Positions 36,561 through 52,570 of a stretch of DNA of 64,000 nt are shown piece after piece. Within the stretch, counting starts at the first letter, position 1; the number at the start of each line of letters is the position of its first letter. The stretch is from NCBI RefSeq assembly GCF_011386835.1, contig NC_088795.1, forward strand, positions 144,646,001-144,710,000, written 5' to 3'. The DNA is from Chrysemys picta bellii. Taxonomy: Eukaryota. The position numbers and the translations under genes were made by a program. The notes beneath the pieces were generated by a model. The model made no database searches. It was not told the DNA's origin and saw nothing but the letters and a program-made list of their open reading frames with translations.

Positions 36561-39379
36561 ACCCAGCGACTTCTGGAGTGCAGCTTTTGGGCATAGGGCT
36601 GGCAGCCCTGGTGCTAAGGGGGACCCTACAATAACACAGCTGTGTGCAGCATTCCGAACAAATGGTTTTACCCTCCAGGGTAGCAGGCTTCCCTTCCCCA
36701 CGTACGGCCGCCTGCGGCGCTGTGGGGCGATCAGGGGCTTTGGGGCCTTCCCGTCTTGGAATGGCCACTCAGCCACAGATCACCTGGCCCCTCGCCTGGG
36801 CTCCTGTCTTCGGGTGCCAGGCCAGCTCTTCGCAGGAAGATGTGAGAAGGTCCCCCAGCCCCATTGGACTGTTATGGACCAACCTGTTCAAAGGAGAAGC
36901 GCCTTCCTGTCCCACAGTTAGGGCTCAAAGTGGTCAGGGATGGCTGGGGCTGAGCTGACCCCAGCCCCCACCCTGTCCCTGGTGCAGATGTAGGTTAACA
37001 CCCTTAACGTTCGTGAGCTAACCTTGAGCTCCGCCTCCTCCCCAGTCTGTACAACCCCCCCCGGCTGCCATCTGCCTGTCCTTCCTAACCCACCTCATCC
37101 CCTCGGGTGTAGCAGGGGAGCGGCTCGATGCCTATAGACACGGCCATTCCTTCTTGCCTGCTTCCTGCAGAGCTCCTGATTTCAGTGGCACCCTGGGGCA
37201 GGGAGTTCCCCAGGACAACGGGGGGATGTGTGTTTCCTTGCAGTGATTTGTCCTTGGATTGCATTGTCATCTCTCCTCAGACAGGGGTCTCTCTGGCCCC
37301 AGCAGGAACCCCCTTGGCTTTTGCTCTGTCCTTTCCCCAAGCTAGCCTGACCAGAACTGGACCCCAGGGCAGGGTGGCCCACCAGTTTATCGAACGCCAC
37401 TAGCCCGGTTTGCCTATTATCCTCCCCCACATTCTCTCTGCACCCCGACAGCTCGTTGGCTGCTGCACTCTGAGCTGTGGTGCCAGCAGGCCCTGCCCCC
37501 GAGAACTGAGCCCCCAGAAAGGGCATGAGGAGGTCAGATTAAACCCTCCAATGGGCCTTACTTAGCATCTCTCAGCCCTGAATCCCAGGTGCTGCCTCTT
37601 CTCCTGGCTGGCTCTGAAGTTCCTCATGGGCATCTCTGTCCTACAGCCTCCTACCCCAATTGGGTGACCCGGCTGCCTGGCCCTTCCGGCAGTTTGTGGG
37701 TTGCAAAGAGGAAGGACAGAAACTTTTCTAAATAAAGGGCTGCTTCCCCTGCAGTTTCTGGCTGCTGTAGCCCGGGGCTGGGCCCAAGCTGGCTGTGTGT
37801 GGGTTGGGGGGTGGTGCGCTCCAGGGACCTGGGGCCGAGCCCGGCTGGGTGACCGCATGCCCACCTCGCCCCTTCAGGCTTCTTGGCCCATTGCAGACCC
37901 AGACAGGACAAGGCAGCAGGTGGCAAACATCATCAGATCCAACAGAGGCACCTCAGGTAAACCAGAGCCAATGCAAACAGATGTTATGCTCGTTAAGACC
38001 ACCACAGAGCAAAGGCTTCCCACTAGTGCTCGCCGAGACCTGTCCCAGGACATGTCACCGTGCATGGTGTCAAGGTCACAGATGCAGAAGCCCGTCTCCC
38101 CCCTCTCCCTTGGACTCTCGCAGGTCGCCTCTGCTCCCACCCACCAGCCGGTCACGCCTGGGCCCTGCTCTGCGGTTCAGCTGTCAGTGCCGAGGACATC
38201 ACAGCCCAGCCACTGCCCTGACCATCCCCTCACTAAGGTACGGCCAGCGCTTTCCCAGCTCCCCGGCAACGAGAGCCATGACTCGCCACAAAGACTTCAC
38301 CAAATCCCTCCAAGCCTCTGCTGAGAGTATAGGTGGCGTGTGAACTCGGGGAGGCTAGCCCCCCCGCAGCTGCCGGTTCCCCAGCTGCAGACCACCCGAT
38401 CACCTCCAGCCCAGAGCGCTGGGCGGCGTGAGCACCGGCCCCATCTACCTGGGCCACAAGCCCCCAGCCCAGTCACGGGGGAAGACAGGCAGAAGGAGGG
38501 GACCTGAGGGTGGAGCATGGGCGGGGCCACGCAGCTGTTTGGGGAGACTCAGCCTCCCCTGGTCTGTGATACCTGCCGCCCACGGCTGAGGCTGTATTCC
38601 AGGCCAAGAGAACCTGGTTTCAGCTCCCACCAGCGGTTCCTTGGCCAGGAGCTGATCTCACCCTGGCAGTGGGCCCAGCTGGGCACGTGCTGTGGTCGTG
38701 CATGAGGACGGGTAAATAGAGCTGTCACCTGCATATCACTGGCAGTGACTTGGTGTCGTCCGACCCGTTCACCTGGCTACAGGTAGATGTTAATAGGAGC
38801 AGGAAGAGAATGGATCCCTGTGCGACTCCCCAGAGGAGGGGTCCATCGATGGAGGTGCAGATTCCTCTCTCCTCAGGAAGGCCTCAAACCATTCTAGTGC
38901 CTTACCCTGGGCCCTGCCGCCACAGCAGTACCCACGGGCAACGGTGTCGAATGCTGCAGAGGGGCCCAGGGGGATGGGAGGTGAGCTGGTTACAGGAATA
39001 TGCAGGTAAGTCAGCTCTGTTATTTACCCAGCGTCATGCACGACCACAACACTAGCGCCAGGCGTGGATGAGTTGGGCTCAGGGCCGAGGAACTGCTGGC
39101 GGAAGCTGAAACCCAGCAAGACGGAGGTGCCGCTGGCGGGCAGAGGAAAGCACTTTGAAGAGTGCAGCCATGGCATAGTCCCCGTTAGTGGAAAGTTCAT
39201 GCCCACAATTGGTTGGTTCAGTCTGTAGTTTAGGGGGCCCCTAGATTCCTCTTTGGAGCTGAACTCTCACATAACAGCACTCACAAGTAAAGCTTTTTAC
39301 CCGCTCTGGCTGGCTAGGAGATGCCAGTGACCTGGGCCTGGTTAGACAAGCCTGCGTCACCTCCCAGGGGACTACAGCA

Positions 39380-39800
39380 ACGCAACATCACTGGGCGTGA
39401 AGCCACCACTTTAGGAAACTCCAGCTGCTACGGAAGACTGCAAAGCATCTCCCCACCACTGCGAGCCCAGCAGGTCTGTCCTTGGCTCTCTGCACTGGCT
39501 TCCCATAGCCTGCAAATCAAGTTGAAGGTTTCAATCCTTGTCTTCAAGGTACTCAATGATCTGGGTGCAGGATGGGAAGAGATCCCTTATGTCTCTGGGA
39601 GGAGGAGAATGCTACTCCCCTGGCACAATGGGCCTCTCTACAATAAGGGTACAGCTCATCTGTTCCTGGGGCCAGTCCTGTGCCATGAACATCCCCAGAC
39701 AGCAGCGGGGGCAATGCCTGTGTCAACTTGTGAAGTGTTCTGTGCCAGGGCTGAAATATTGGCACTGTCACTACTTGAGACCTGCCCAGCCTGTTGGGTT
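39380..39800 (+). mobile_element. Old L2-like LINE 3' fragment
   Basis: Frameshifted LHWLPI..IKLKVSILVFKVLN motif typical of L2/CR1-group ORF2 C-termini. Confidence 0.5.
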
Positions 39801-40252
39801 GCAGTCTAGATGGCTGCCCTGCCAGGGAAAGGTATTTAACACCTTCGAGGGACCAGTAGTAAGAGCCCTCCTGAAGAATGCAGGGGGGGGCATCCACTCT
39901 CTATAACTCTCAACCAGTGGCCCACCCCCATGGAACAACAGGGGCCCATACAAGGGCCCAGAAGGGAGAGGGAACTTCAGCGTGGGAGCACACGGCACAG
40001 AGCTGGTGGCCCCGTTAAGAGTGGGGTTCTGCTGGCAGGCTGTGGCCGCCTCATGCGAGAGGGCAGAAGGGACTCTCTGCCTAGTGGGATTCACTCACAA
40101 GCCAGGAGGGTGAGCTCTGCAGGAGGGGCGGATGTCTCAGGCCTTCTGTTGTTTTCAATATTCCAGGGCTTTCTGGGTAAAGCTGCCGGGTAAAGAAATC
40201 CCTTTGCTGAGGCTGTGTGCCTTGCTTTCCCGGGGTCAAACTAGGTGCCCCC

Positions 40253-41316
40253 TGTGACGTTAGGAGTGTAATATAATATCTCATTGAAAGGTGACAGGGC
40301 CAGAAAGAGTTAATTACCTCACAGACTGACCTGACCCATGGCCGAACTTTAGAGACTGGTTAGGAAGATCTGTAAATGAATAGAGCTTGGAAATGCAGAG
40401 ATAGGATAGATGTTTGCTCAGGTCTTGTGATGTAAGCAAACAAGTCTTGTCTATTGATATAGATTTGATTCAAGGATCAAAAAAGGAATAGTAATGTTTA
40501 GGAAGACACTTGAGTGAAATAGTATTATTGTCTCTGTCTCTTTGAAGATTGTGGTAACCTGTATCTGAACTGTTTAATGGATAAATTACCCTGTGCTAAT
40601 TGCCATGATATTTGGGAGAGGAAAGTTGAACCTATTGTCGTCTCAGGCCAAGAGACTGCTGGAAATGTATAAGAACCCCTGGGACACGATCCTTCTGCAT
40701 CTCAGATCTGCTTTGGGTTTCAAGAAGGGGAAACCTTAAGCCACAAGAAGTGAGATCCCCAGTCACTGACTGGAGTCACCCTGAATATGGACATTGGACT
40801 ATCCTATGGACTATTTCTAAAAGGACTTTTGGCAACTACAAACTCACCATTTCTGCTATGTAACTGGACCTCAAGAAATTGAACTCAAGTCTGTATGTAT
40901 ATTGATCTTTTAACCAACACTCTCTCTTTTCTTTTTTAAAACATTTTAGCTTAGTTAATAAGAATTGGCTATTAGCGTGTATTTTGGGTAAGATCTAAGA
41001 TATCCTTTGACCTGGGTGTGTGGCTGATCCTTTGGGAGTGGGAGAACCTTTTATTTGATATGATGAAATAAGATTTTCAGAATTTATCATCCTATATTTG
41101 ACGCGTGTCTGGACGGAGGCTTGAGGCTGGGTACTTTAAGGGAACTGCGTTGTTTGGACTTCTGAGTAACCAATGAGGTAATACACCGGCTGTTTTGTGC
41201 TGGTTGGTAAATCTAAGTATTAGAATATCCACCAGCGTTTGGGGTTTGTCTGCCCTGTTTTGTTTGCAGTTCACCCTGAGTGACCTCAGCTGGCTCCCAC
41301 AGGCAGCATTGTTACA
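40253..41316 (+). mobile_element. Solo LTR
   Basis: TGTGAC..GTTACA termini with a 4-bp TSD CCCC on both sides; AT-rich body, about 1060 bp. Confidence 0.85.
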
Positions 41317-41719
41317 CCCCAAGTTGGAGGGAACTTGGGGAGAGCCTCTGGAAGTGACACAAGGTGGTGTGAGACACTGAGTATGGGGTCAAGGGCTACT
41401 AGGCCCCACATCCCAGGGAAGGGGGTCAGAGAAGAGATCTAAGTTTGGGTGCCTGCCCTAAGGCCCCAGAAGAGGAAATAGGGACTAGCCTGTAGCCAGA
41501 CCCTGCTGGCTTGGAAGTTGTTGGATGTCTGTGAGTGACTCCACTTGCAGCAGCCTGGTGCCTGTACAGAGAGCACTGGGCCAAGTGCTAACACCAAGGG
41601 ACATCCCCACCCTCTGCCCCAGACACGGGGCCCTGGCCACCCTCTGCTCTGCCCTGTGCATGGAGCCGCCTGGGCAATCAGAAACATGCCCTGAGTCCTT
41701 GTGCAGCACCACTGCCTTG

Positions 41720-42175
41720 CCCTGTGCACAGCACCCAGACCCCCACCCTGCCCACAGCACCCAGACCCCCACCCTGCCCTGCCCCGTGCACAGCACCCAG
41801 ACCCCCATCCTGCCCTGCCCGGTGCACCCAGACCCCCGCCCTGCCTTGCCCACAACACCCAGACCCCCACCCTGTCCTGCCCGGTGCACCCAGACCCCCA
41901 CCCTGTCCTGCCCACAGCACCCAGACCCCCACCCTGCCCTGCCCCGTGCACAGCACCCAGACCCCCGCCCTGCTCTGCCCACAGCACCCAGACCCCCGCC
42001 CTGTCCTGTGCACAGCACCCAGACCCCCGCCCTGTCCCGTGCACAGCACCCAGACCCCCACCCTGCCCTGCCCTGCCCGGTGCACCCAGACCCCCGCCCT
42101 GCTCTGCCCACAGCACCCAGACCCCCACCCTGCCCACAGCACCCAGACCCCCACCCTGCTCTGCCCACAGCACCC
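41720..42175. repeat. C-rich minisatellite (CACAGCACCCAGACCCCCACCCTGCCCTGCCC variants)
   Basis: About 13 imperfect copies directly upstream of the WBP1 promoter. Confidence 0.85.
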
Positions 42176-42284
42176 GGGAACAGCCGGCAGAGGGCGGACT
42201 GTAGCAATTAGTGCCCGAGAGGGTTGCCCGGTGGTTCCGTTGGCTGACTCGCTTGTCAGTCACGTTCACACTGGACAGTGTGTG

Positions 42285-42690
42285 GTTTCCATTGGTCACA
42301 GCTCCTGTCAGTAATAACCTGGGGTGGATCTCGCCTTCCATTGGGCAGGTACTTGTTAAGTTCCACCCAGAGGGCGGGTGTCCATCTTCTATTGGTTTTG
42401 GTAACTATCAGTCTATCACCGAGACCGAGATCAGCCCTGCCTTTGGCCAGAGCTGCTGGCAGTCAGTCTTGGAGAGGCGGGAAGGCGATCTCCATTGGCC
42501 ACGCTTCCTGTCCGTCATCGTCGGGGCCGGGTCTCGGTCTCTTTGTCTCCTGTTGTTGGGCGTGGGGTGCAGGTAGGTCGCCGCTGATTGGCCGAGGCAG
42601 GGCGGGGTGGCGGCGCTGATTGGCGGCTGGCCGCAGCTCGGGAGCGGATTGGCCGAAGGGGGCGGCGGGGGGCGGGCGTTGCGGCCCGGG
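42285..42690 (+). promoter_or_regulatory. WBP1 promoter with seven co-oriented CCAAT boxes and GC boxes
   Basis: ATTGG at 42291, 42340, 42391, 42494, 42587, 42619, 42648, leading into a CpG island. Confidence 0.7.
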
Positions 42691-42847
42691 CGCGATGGCG
42701 GCGGCGGAGGCTGAGGAGACGGGCCGGGCGGCCGGGATGGAGGCGGCGGCCCCGGGGCCGGGGGGGCGGCTGCTGCTGCTGCTGCGGGCGGCGGGGGCCG
42801 GGGCGGCGGCGCTGGAGCGGGGGCCGCGGGGGGCTGTAGGCGGCGCC

Positions 42848-46651
<3,804 letters not shown>

Positions 46652-48442
46652 GCCCTGAGCTGGGGGCTGCCCCAGACGGCAGCTCCCCACTTCCTGCCCT
46701 GTGACCCCAGCTCCCTTTCCCTGCCTGGCAGCCCCCACCTCTGTGCTCCTGGCCGAGGTCTCTGCAGGCTGTCTGTCCCTGTCCCATGCCTGGGACTCCT
46801 GCCCTGTGATGTGGGGTGTGTAGAATTGTGTGGGGCTGAGAGGCTCTTCCTGTACCTCGAGAGGCAGTGTCCCGGCCCCTGGCCTCTTCCTGCCCCACAT
46901 GCTGGGCAGTGGGGGGGGAGCTGGGGCCAGGGTAGCTGCCTCTGGGCCCTTCCCTCTCCTGAGTGATTGTGGCTGGGAGCGTTGGGGCTCCATGCTCACC
47001 AGCGCCCTGCGTGGGCTTTCCCCTCCCTGGTGGGCAGGACAGCAGGCAGCTCCTAGCTGCAGGGGGGGGTCCCACCTGCCCAGCGACCAAACCCCTCCTG
47101 TCCCAGGGCCCTGCCTCCAGCTCTGCTTCTGCCCTGTGTGCCGGCTCGGGGACAATTTGCACCGGCACCACGTGGCTGACTGACCCCTCCCTGGGGTGTG
47201 GACTCTTGGCATGGAGCCCCTGGGGAGAGCGTGCCCTCGTGGGGGGCTGTCCCCCCAAACTGACTCTCTGTAGACGATGTGTGTCCCTCACTCTGCGTGC
47301 TGCTGTCATTTGTTGGGTACCATGTGTAGCGCTGCCCTGCCCGGGCACTTCCCCTCCCCCCGTAGAGTTCCCACTGGGACTGGGTTTTGGTGGAATTGCA
47401 CGAATCAGATTATTCCTGCCCAGCGCCCCCTCCCCCTCCCAAAGTGCTTCTCCTGGGGAGTGTGGGGTGGCTGGCCTGGGGCAGCTAGCAGCCTTCCCCA
47501 TGGCAACCCGTCACTTGGAGTGGGGGGTGGGCGGCTGCCTTGGAGGGAGACACGGCCTCTGCTCCCAGCCTGCGGGTCTGTGCTCTGGGGGACAGTAGTT
47601 CTCATTATTAAAGAGATGTGGAATTACAGCCTGAGAGTGTCTGTGGGGGGGTGGGAGTGGGGGAGAGGCAAACCCCCCTCCTGCCGCTTGGGCTCCAAGC
47701 TGGAGAGAGTCCAGCTACCAGTGGGAAACGGTGACTGCAGGGCAGCCTGCTCATCACTGCTGCCCTAGCTTGGTGCAGAACAGGCCTTGGCCCAGCCTGG
47801 GGTGGGGGGAGCAGTTCCTTTGGCCTGGGGGGCTCCTCAGTGGAGCAGCACTACAGGCCCCAGACATGCCCCAGGATTTTGATGGGGGCTCCCTGCTGCC
47901 CAGGTACCCCCCCCCCTTCTGGCCCTTGCAACCCCCAGGAGAAAGGGCTGTGGCCAGCAGCCCCCCTCAGCTCCAGGCTGTACCCCTAAACACAGCAGGC
48001 TCCTTACCTACTAGGCCTTTCTAGCCCCCTGCGGAGCTCATTGCCCCAGCAGGCACCCTTGTGGGACCTGCCCCCTCCCGCGTGCCCCATGGCTGGCTGT
48101 GTCCACTCCCCACGCTGCTGAGTCCCAAAAATGGCAGAGCTACTCAGCTTTATTCTTTAAAAAAAAGTAGAGACCCCTCTTCCCCCAGCTTTGGGGGGGG
48201 GGGCAGGACAGTACAGAGGACCCCCCCCCAGCCTAGAACATTCATATTAAAACACCTGAGAAAGACGAGCAGGGCAAAGGCCTGGACACTGCACGGGTAG
48301 CCTCGTCATGCAGCAACACCCCCACTCCCACCCCTGGCCCTGAGGTGGCTGCAGGCTCCCAAGCACCAGGTTAGAAGAAGAGTCGGGGGGGGCCCTTTGG
48401 CCCCCCGCTGGTAGCTGGAACCCCCTTCTCCCAGCCTGGCCC

Positions 48443-51400
48443 CTAATACTCCTCGGCCATGATGAGCACCACCAGGGCAGACCAGCCCGTGAAGGGGTAG
48501 CAGGCCTGGCCCTGGCCCGTGCTGTCGCTGTACTGCTCCCACAGGTAACCGCTCTCCACATACTGGCGGTACAGGTTGGCAATGAGGTTGGCACGCAGCT
48601 CCTGGTAGAGCGCAGCTGCCCGCTGCTGGTAGGGCCCCTCCAGGCTGGCGTAATGGTGCAGCGCCCGCACAGCCAGGTAGTTCATGTTGATCCAGATGGG
48701 CCCCCTCCAGTAGGGGGGTCGTGCTCCGTGTTGTGTTTCATGTAGAGGGGGCTGGTGCGGGGCGAGCGAGCGCAGGCCGTACGGGGTCCAGAGCTTCTGC
48801 TCGCTGCGCATGTCCCCCAGGACGCTGCCCAGGCGGGGTGAGTCGGGCCGCAGCAGCTGCAGCAGGAAGGGGAAGAGGCTGACGTAGCCCAGGGCCCCCA
48901 CGAACTGCAGCTTGGGGGGCTTGCGGACCACCCGCACCAGGCGTGGGGCAGGGAGCTGGTGGCGGGGCTGCCCTGGCCCCACAGCCACCTTCTCGCGCTC
49001 CAGCCCCACGGCCTGGCTGTGGTTGCCGTAGTCGGCGAACATGCCCAGCTGCTCGGCCCAGTGGTGCTGCTCCAGCAGGGCGTTGTCACTCAGCGCCTGC
49101 TGCATGCGCCGGTACTCGGTCGCTGGCTCGCCCAGCCGCTCGGCCACCTCGGCCATGACTCCCGCGGCCAGGGCCATCCAGCAGCGCAGGTCCAGGTGGC
49201 GCTCGTCAGGCGAGGGGTGCGAGGCGCGAGGGTAGTCGTCCAGCCCGGAGGTCAGCGTCTTGGGGTTGAGGAAGAGGTGGGTGTCCTGGTCCCGGCCCCG
49301 CCAGCGGAAGGTGTAGGGCAGCGGCCCCGCCTGCGTGGTGTTGTACCACTCGTACCACGTGCGCAGGCGGGGGAAGAGCTGCCGCAGGTAGGACAGCTCG
49401 GCGGGGCCCTGGCCCGGCTCCCGCAGCAGCTGCTGCAGCGCCAGGAAGAGGGTGGGCGGGTTGGCAGCCTCGTTGTGCTGCAGGATGAATTCGGGGGGCA
49501 CCTTGGCTCGCGCCTCGTCGTCCAGGATCTGCTCCCGCGGGATCCAGCCCCTCCACATTCATCAGGTCCAGCCAGTGGGCGATGACCTCGCGGCTCAGGG
49601 CCGGGTCCCAGCGCGCCAGCAGCAGCTGGTGGAAGCCCTCGTCCCAGAGGAAGCCGCGGGGGAAGAAGGAGCGGGAGGGCACGGCGGTGAACAGGGGGCC
49701 CTCGGGATAGGGCAGGGGGTGCGGGCTGTGCGCAGACTGCACGATGGAGTGCCCGTGGAAGTAGCCCATCCCACCCATCATGTTGCTGAGGGCAGCCTTG
49801 GCAAAGCGCTGCTGCTGGGGCGTGAAGCCCTTGCGGGCCAGGGAGAAGGTCTCCTCGAAGCGCCGTTCGAAGGCGGCCACGTGCCCAGCCAGCTCCTCGC
49901 TCAGCACCGCCCCCACCAGCGAGCCGGGGCGCTCAGCAAAGCTGCCGGACTCAAAGGTCACCTCCACGCGGCAGGGCAGCGTCAGCGTCACCTGGTGCAG
50001 CAGCAGGTGGCTTTGGGGCTCTTGCTCCGGCTCCCCCGGCAGCGCCCGGTACGTGTCCACAGCGAAGTAGCGGCGCTTGGGCCCGCCTGGCGCGGCGTAA
50101 ACAAAGCGGTTGCTCAGGCTGCTCTTCACCACGTCTGTCAGGCGGTGCAGCCCCGGGCTCCTGGCATCCAGGTGGTTATAGCTGCAAGAGAGGAGGGGTC
50201 AGGGCAGGAAGGGAGGCCCGGCTAGGAGCCAGGAACACCCCACAGCCGGAGCTACTGCCCCGCTCCCCACAGCACCCCTCCTGGGAAAGCCAGGAGCTTC
50301 CCGCACAGGCAGGGCTCCCGCCCATACCTGGCATAGCTGAGGGCTTCCCCGGTGTCTGTGGTGGGCTTGTGGAAGGTGATGTTGAAATGGCCGAGTTCCT
50401 CGGATGTCCCAGTCACCGACACCAAGCGCGTGTTCTCCACGTGGGGCTGCAGCGTCCCCTGCCCGTTGGTGGCCACGTAGAAGAGCAGGGAGACGAGGGA
50501 GGTCTGGTTGCCCGGACTCTGCAAAGAGGAAGATGGGACCCTGGTTATCGCTCGCCCCTGTAGCTCTCTGAGCTGGAGACCCCAGGGGCAGCCCTGAGAC
50601 CCTGGCAACCAGGAGACCCTCCCACAGTAGGAAACGCTCCCGGGGGACAGAGACTGGGGCAGGAGAGGAACCGCCACAAAACACAAGGGGCCGGGTGGGC
50701 CAATCTATCCGGAAAACACGTGGGGCTCAAAGCAGGGAGTCCCCACCCGGCCATGGCTCCGCTGGGCGCAGGAAGGGGCAGCACCGAGCACTGTGGGCTC
50801 AGGACTCCCAGCTCCGGGAGGACACGTGGCCTGAGGGTGACAGTAGAGACTTGGAGGGAGGAGGGAGCCCAGGACTCCTGGGTTCCCTTCCCAGATGTCC
50901 CGGACCCCGGGCAGGGCCCTGCATTCCCGCGGCCCCACCTCCGGCCTGGCCGTGACCCGCCAGCTCCAGTCCCCGCCGTGCTCCCCGCCCGGCCGCTTCA
51001 CGAACTCGGTGCGCAGCGTGAGGCCCCGGTCGCGGATCTCCTGCGCCCCGAAGCGCAGCCCGTCGTGCAGCAGCCAGCCGTAGCCGGGCAGCCCGTCGCT
51101 CTGCTCGCACGTGTGGCGCAGCCGGGCCTCCGCCGCCTGCCGCAGCCACATGAAGCCTAGGGGAGAAAGGGGGGAGGGTGAGACCAGACCGGACCGGACC
51201 GGACCCCGCCTCCCCCCGCCGGGCCCCGCCCTACGGTACCTGCCACGGGCGGCCGCGCGCTGCGGGGCCGCATGCCGAAGTAGACGTGCGGGCGGTAGGA
51301 GCCCCAGAAGCGCTCGGGCGCGGCGCGGGGGCCGCTGCTGCCGGCGGGCAGGACGCGCGGCGCCGGGTGCGGGGTGACCACGCGGCGGCCCAGCCGCCAG

Positions 51401-51588
51401 CGCCCGTAGAGCCCGTAGGCCAGGCCGGCGGCGCCCAGCGCCAGGGCGAGCAGCGCCAGCAGCGCCCAGGCCCGGCCCGGCCCCGCGCCCGCCCCGCGCT
51501 CCCGCCGCGCCGCCTGCGGGCCCCGCTCGCCCCGCTCCGCGCCCCGCTGCGCCGCCTCCGCGCCCCGCCGCCTGCGCTCCCGGGCCAT
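48443..51588 (-). CDS. MOGS: Mannosyl-oligosaccharide glucosidase (glucosidase I); exons 51588-51240, 51156-50939, 50518-50328, 50181-48443; ~831 aa after correcting three indels
   Basis: Arg-rich N-terminus, TM segment, [60 protein letters not shown]. Large last exon as in human. Frameshifts in homopolymer runs near 49550, 48761 and 48715. Minus-strand AATAAA at 48149-48154. Confidence 0.95.
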
Positions 51589-51634
51589 GGCCCCGCCGCG
51601 CCGCGCCGAGACAGGGAGCGAGCGGCACCGCCTC

Positions 51635-52290
51635 GTCAGCCCGCCCCGGCCCCGTCAGCACACCGGGCCCCGCCCCCAGTCCGCCTGGCTCCGCCCCCGC
51701 CCCGTCAGCACACCGGGCCCCGCCCCCAGCCCGCCTGGCTCCGCCCCCGCCCCGTCAGCACACCGGGCCCCGCCCCCGCCTGCCCGGCTCCGCCCCCGCC
51801 CCCGCCCCGTCAGCACACCGGGCCCCGCCCCCAGCCCGCCTGGCTCCGCCCCCGCCCCGTCAGCACACCGGGCCCCGCCCCCAGCCCGCCTGGCTCCGCC
51901 CCCGCCCCGTCAGCACACCGGGCCCCGCCCCCGCCTGCCCGGCTCCGCCCCCGCCCCCGCCCCGTCAGCACACCGGGCCCCGCCCCCAGCCCGCCTGGCT
52001 CCGCCCCCGCCCCGTCAGCACACCGGGCCCCGCCCCGTCAGCACACCGGGCCCCGCCCCCAGCCCGCCTGGCCCCGCCCCCGCCCCGTCAGCACACCGGG
52101 CCCCGCCCCCAGCCCGCCCGGCTCCGCCCCCGCCCCGTCAGCACACAGGGCCCCCGCCCCCAGCCCGCGCCCGCCCCGTCAGCACACCGGGCCCCGCCCC
52201 CAGCCCGCCGGGCTCCGCCCCCACCCCTGCCTCGTCAGCACACCGGGCCCCGCCCCCAGCCCGCCTCGTCAGCACACAGGGCCCCGCCCC
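51635..52290. repeat. GC-box-rich minisatellite, ~50-bp unit, ~13 copies, immediately upstream of the MOGS ATG
   Basis: Repeated CGTCAGCACACCGGGCCCCGCCCCCAGCCCGCCTGGCTCCGCCCCCGCCC. Confidence 0.9.
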
Positions 52291-52570
52291 CTCCACGTCA
52301 GCTCGCTAGGCCCCCAGCCCGAGCCCGCCAGCTCGTCCGGCCCCGCCCCCGCGAACCCGCCTCCATCGGCGCTCGCGCGGCCCTTGTACGTCACCATCCT
52401 CAGGAGCGCGCGGCTGGAAGGCCTGACGGCCCCGTCACCGCCTCTCCCGGCATGCCCCACGCGGGGGCCGTAGAGCCACGCCACCTGCCGGTGCGCACTG
52501 GGCCCCATAGCCCAACTACACGTGGCTGGGAGCCTCGCCGCGCTGCATGCTGGGAGTTGTAGTCCAGGGC
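52290..52570 (-). promoter_or_regulatory. MOGS promoter: UPRE-like TGACGTGG and ZNF143/THAP11 motif
   Basis: CCACGTCA at 52293-52300 (rc TGACGTGG); GCATGCTGGGAGTTGTAGT near 52545-52563 (rc ACTACAACTCCCAGCATGC); CACGTG near 52519. Confidence 0.6.

Noticed and set aside
35422-36921. 499-aa and overlapping repeat ORFs
   Set aside because: They result from a 72-bp tandem repeat lacking stops; open on both strands with no splice or homology support.
37701-38324. 207-aa ORF between INO80B and WBP1
   Set aside because: No recognisable domain or splice signals; possibly very decayed LINE sequence, but I could not support a call.
42211-42576. 121-aa ORF and GCAG|GTAGGT donor upstream of WBP1
   Set aside because: No homology; the donor is phase 2 in that ORF while WBP1 exon 2 needs phase 0, and the phase-0 frame has no ATG.
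48443-51588. MOGS as a pseudogene
   Set aside because: Splice sites, catalytic motifs and promoter are intact, and all indels lie in homopolymer runs, two of them compensating; sequencing error is more likely.
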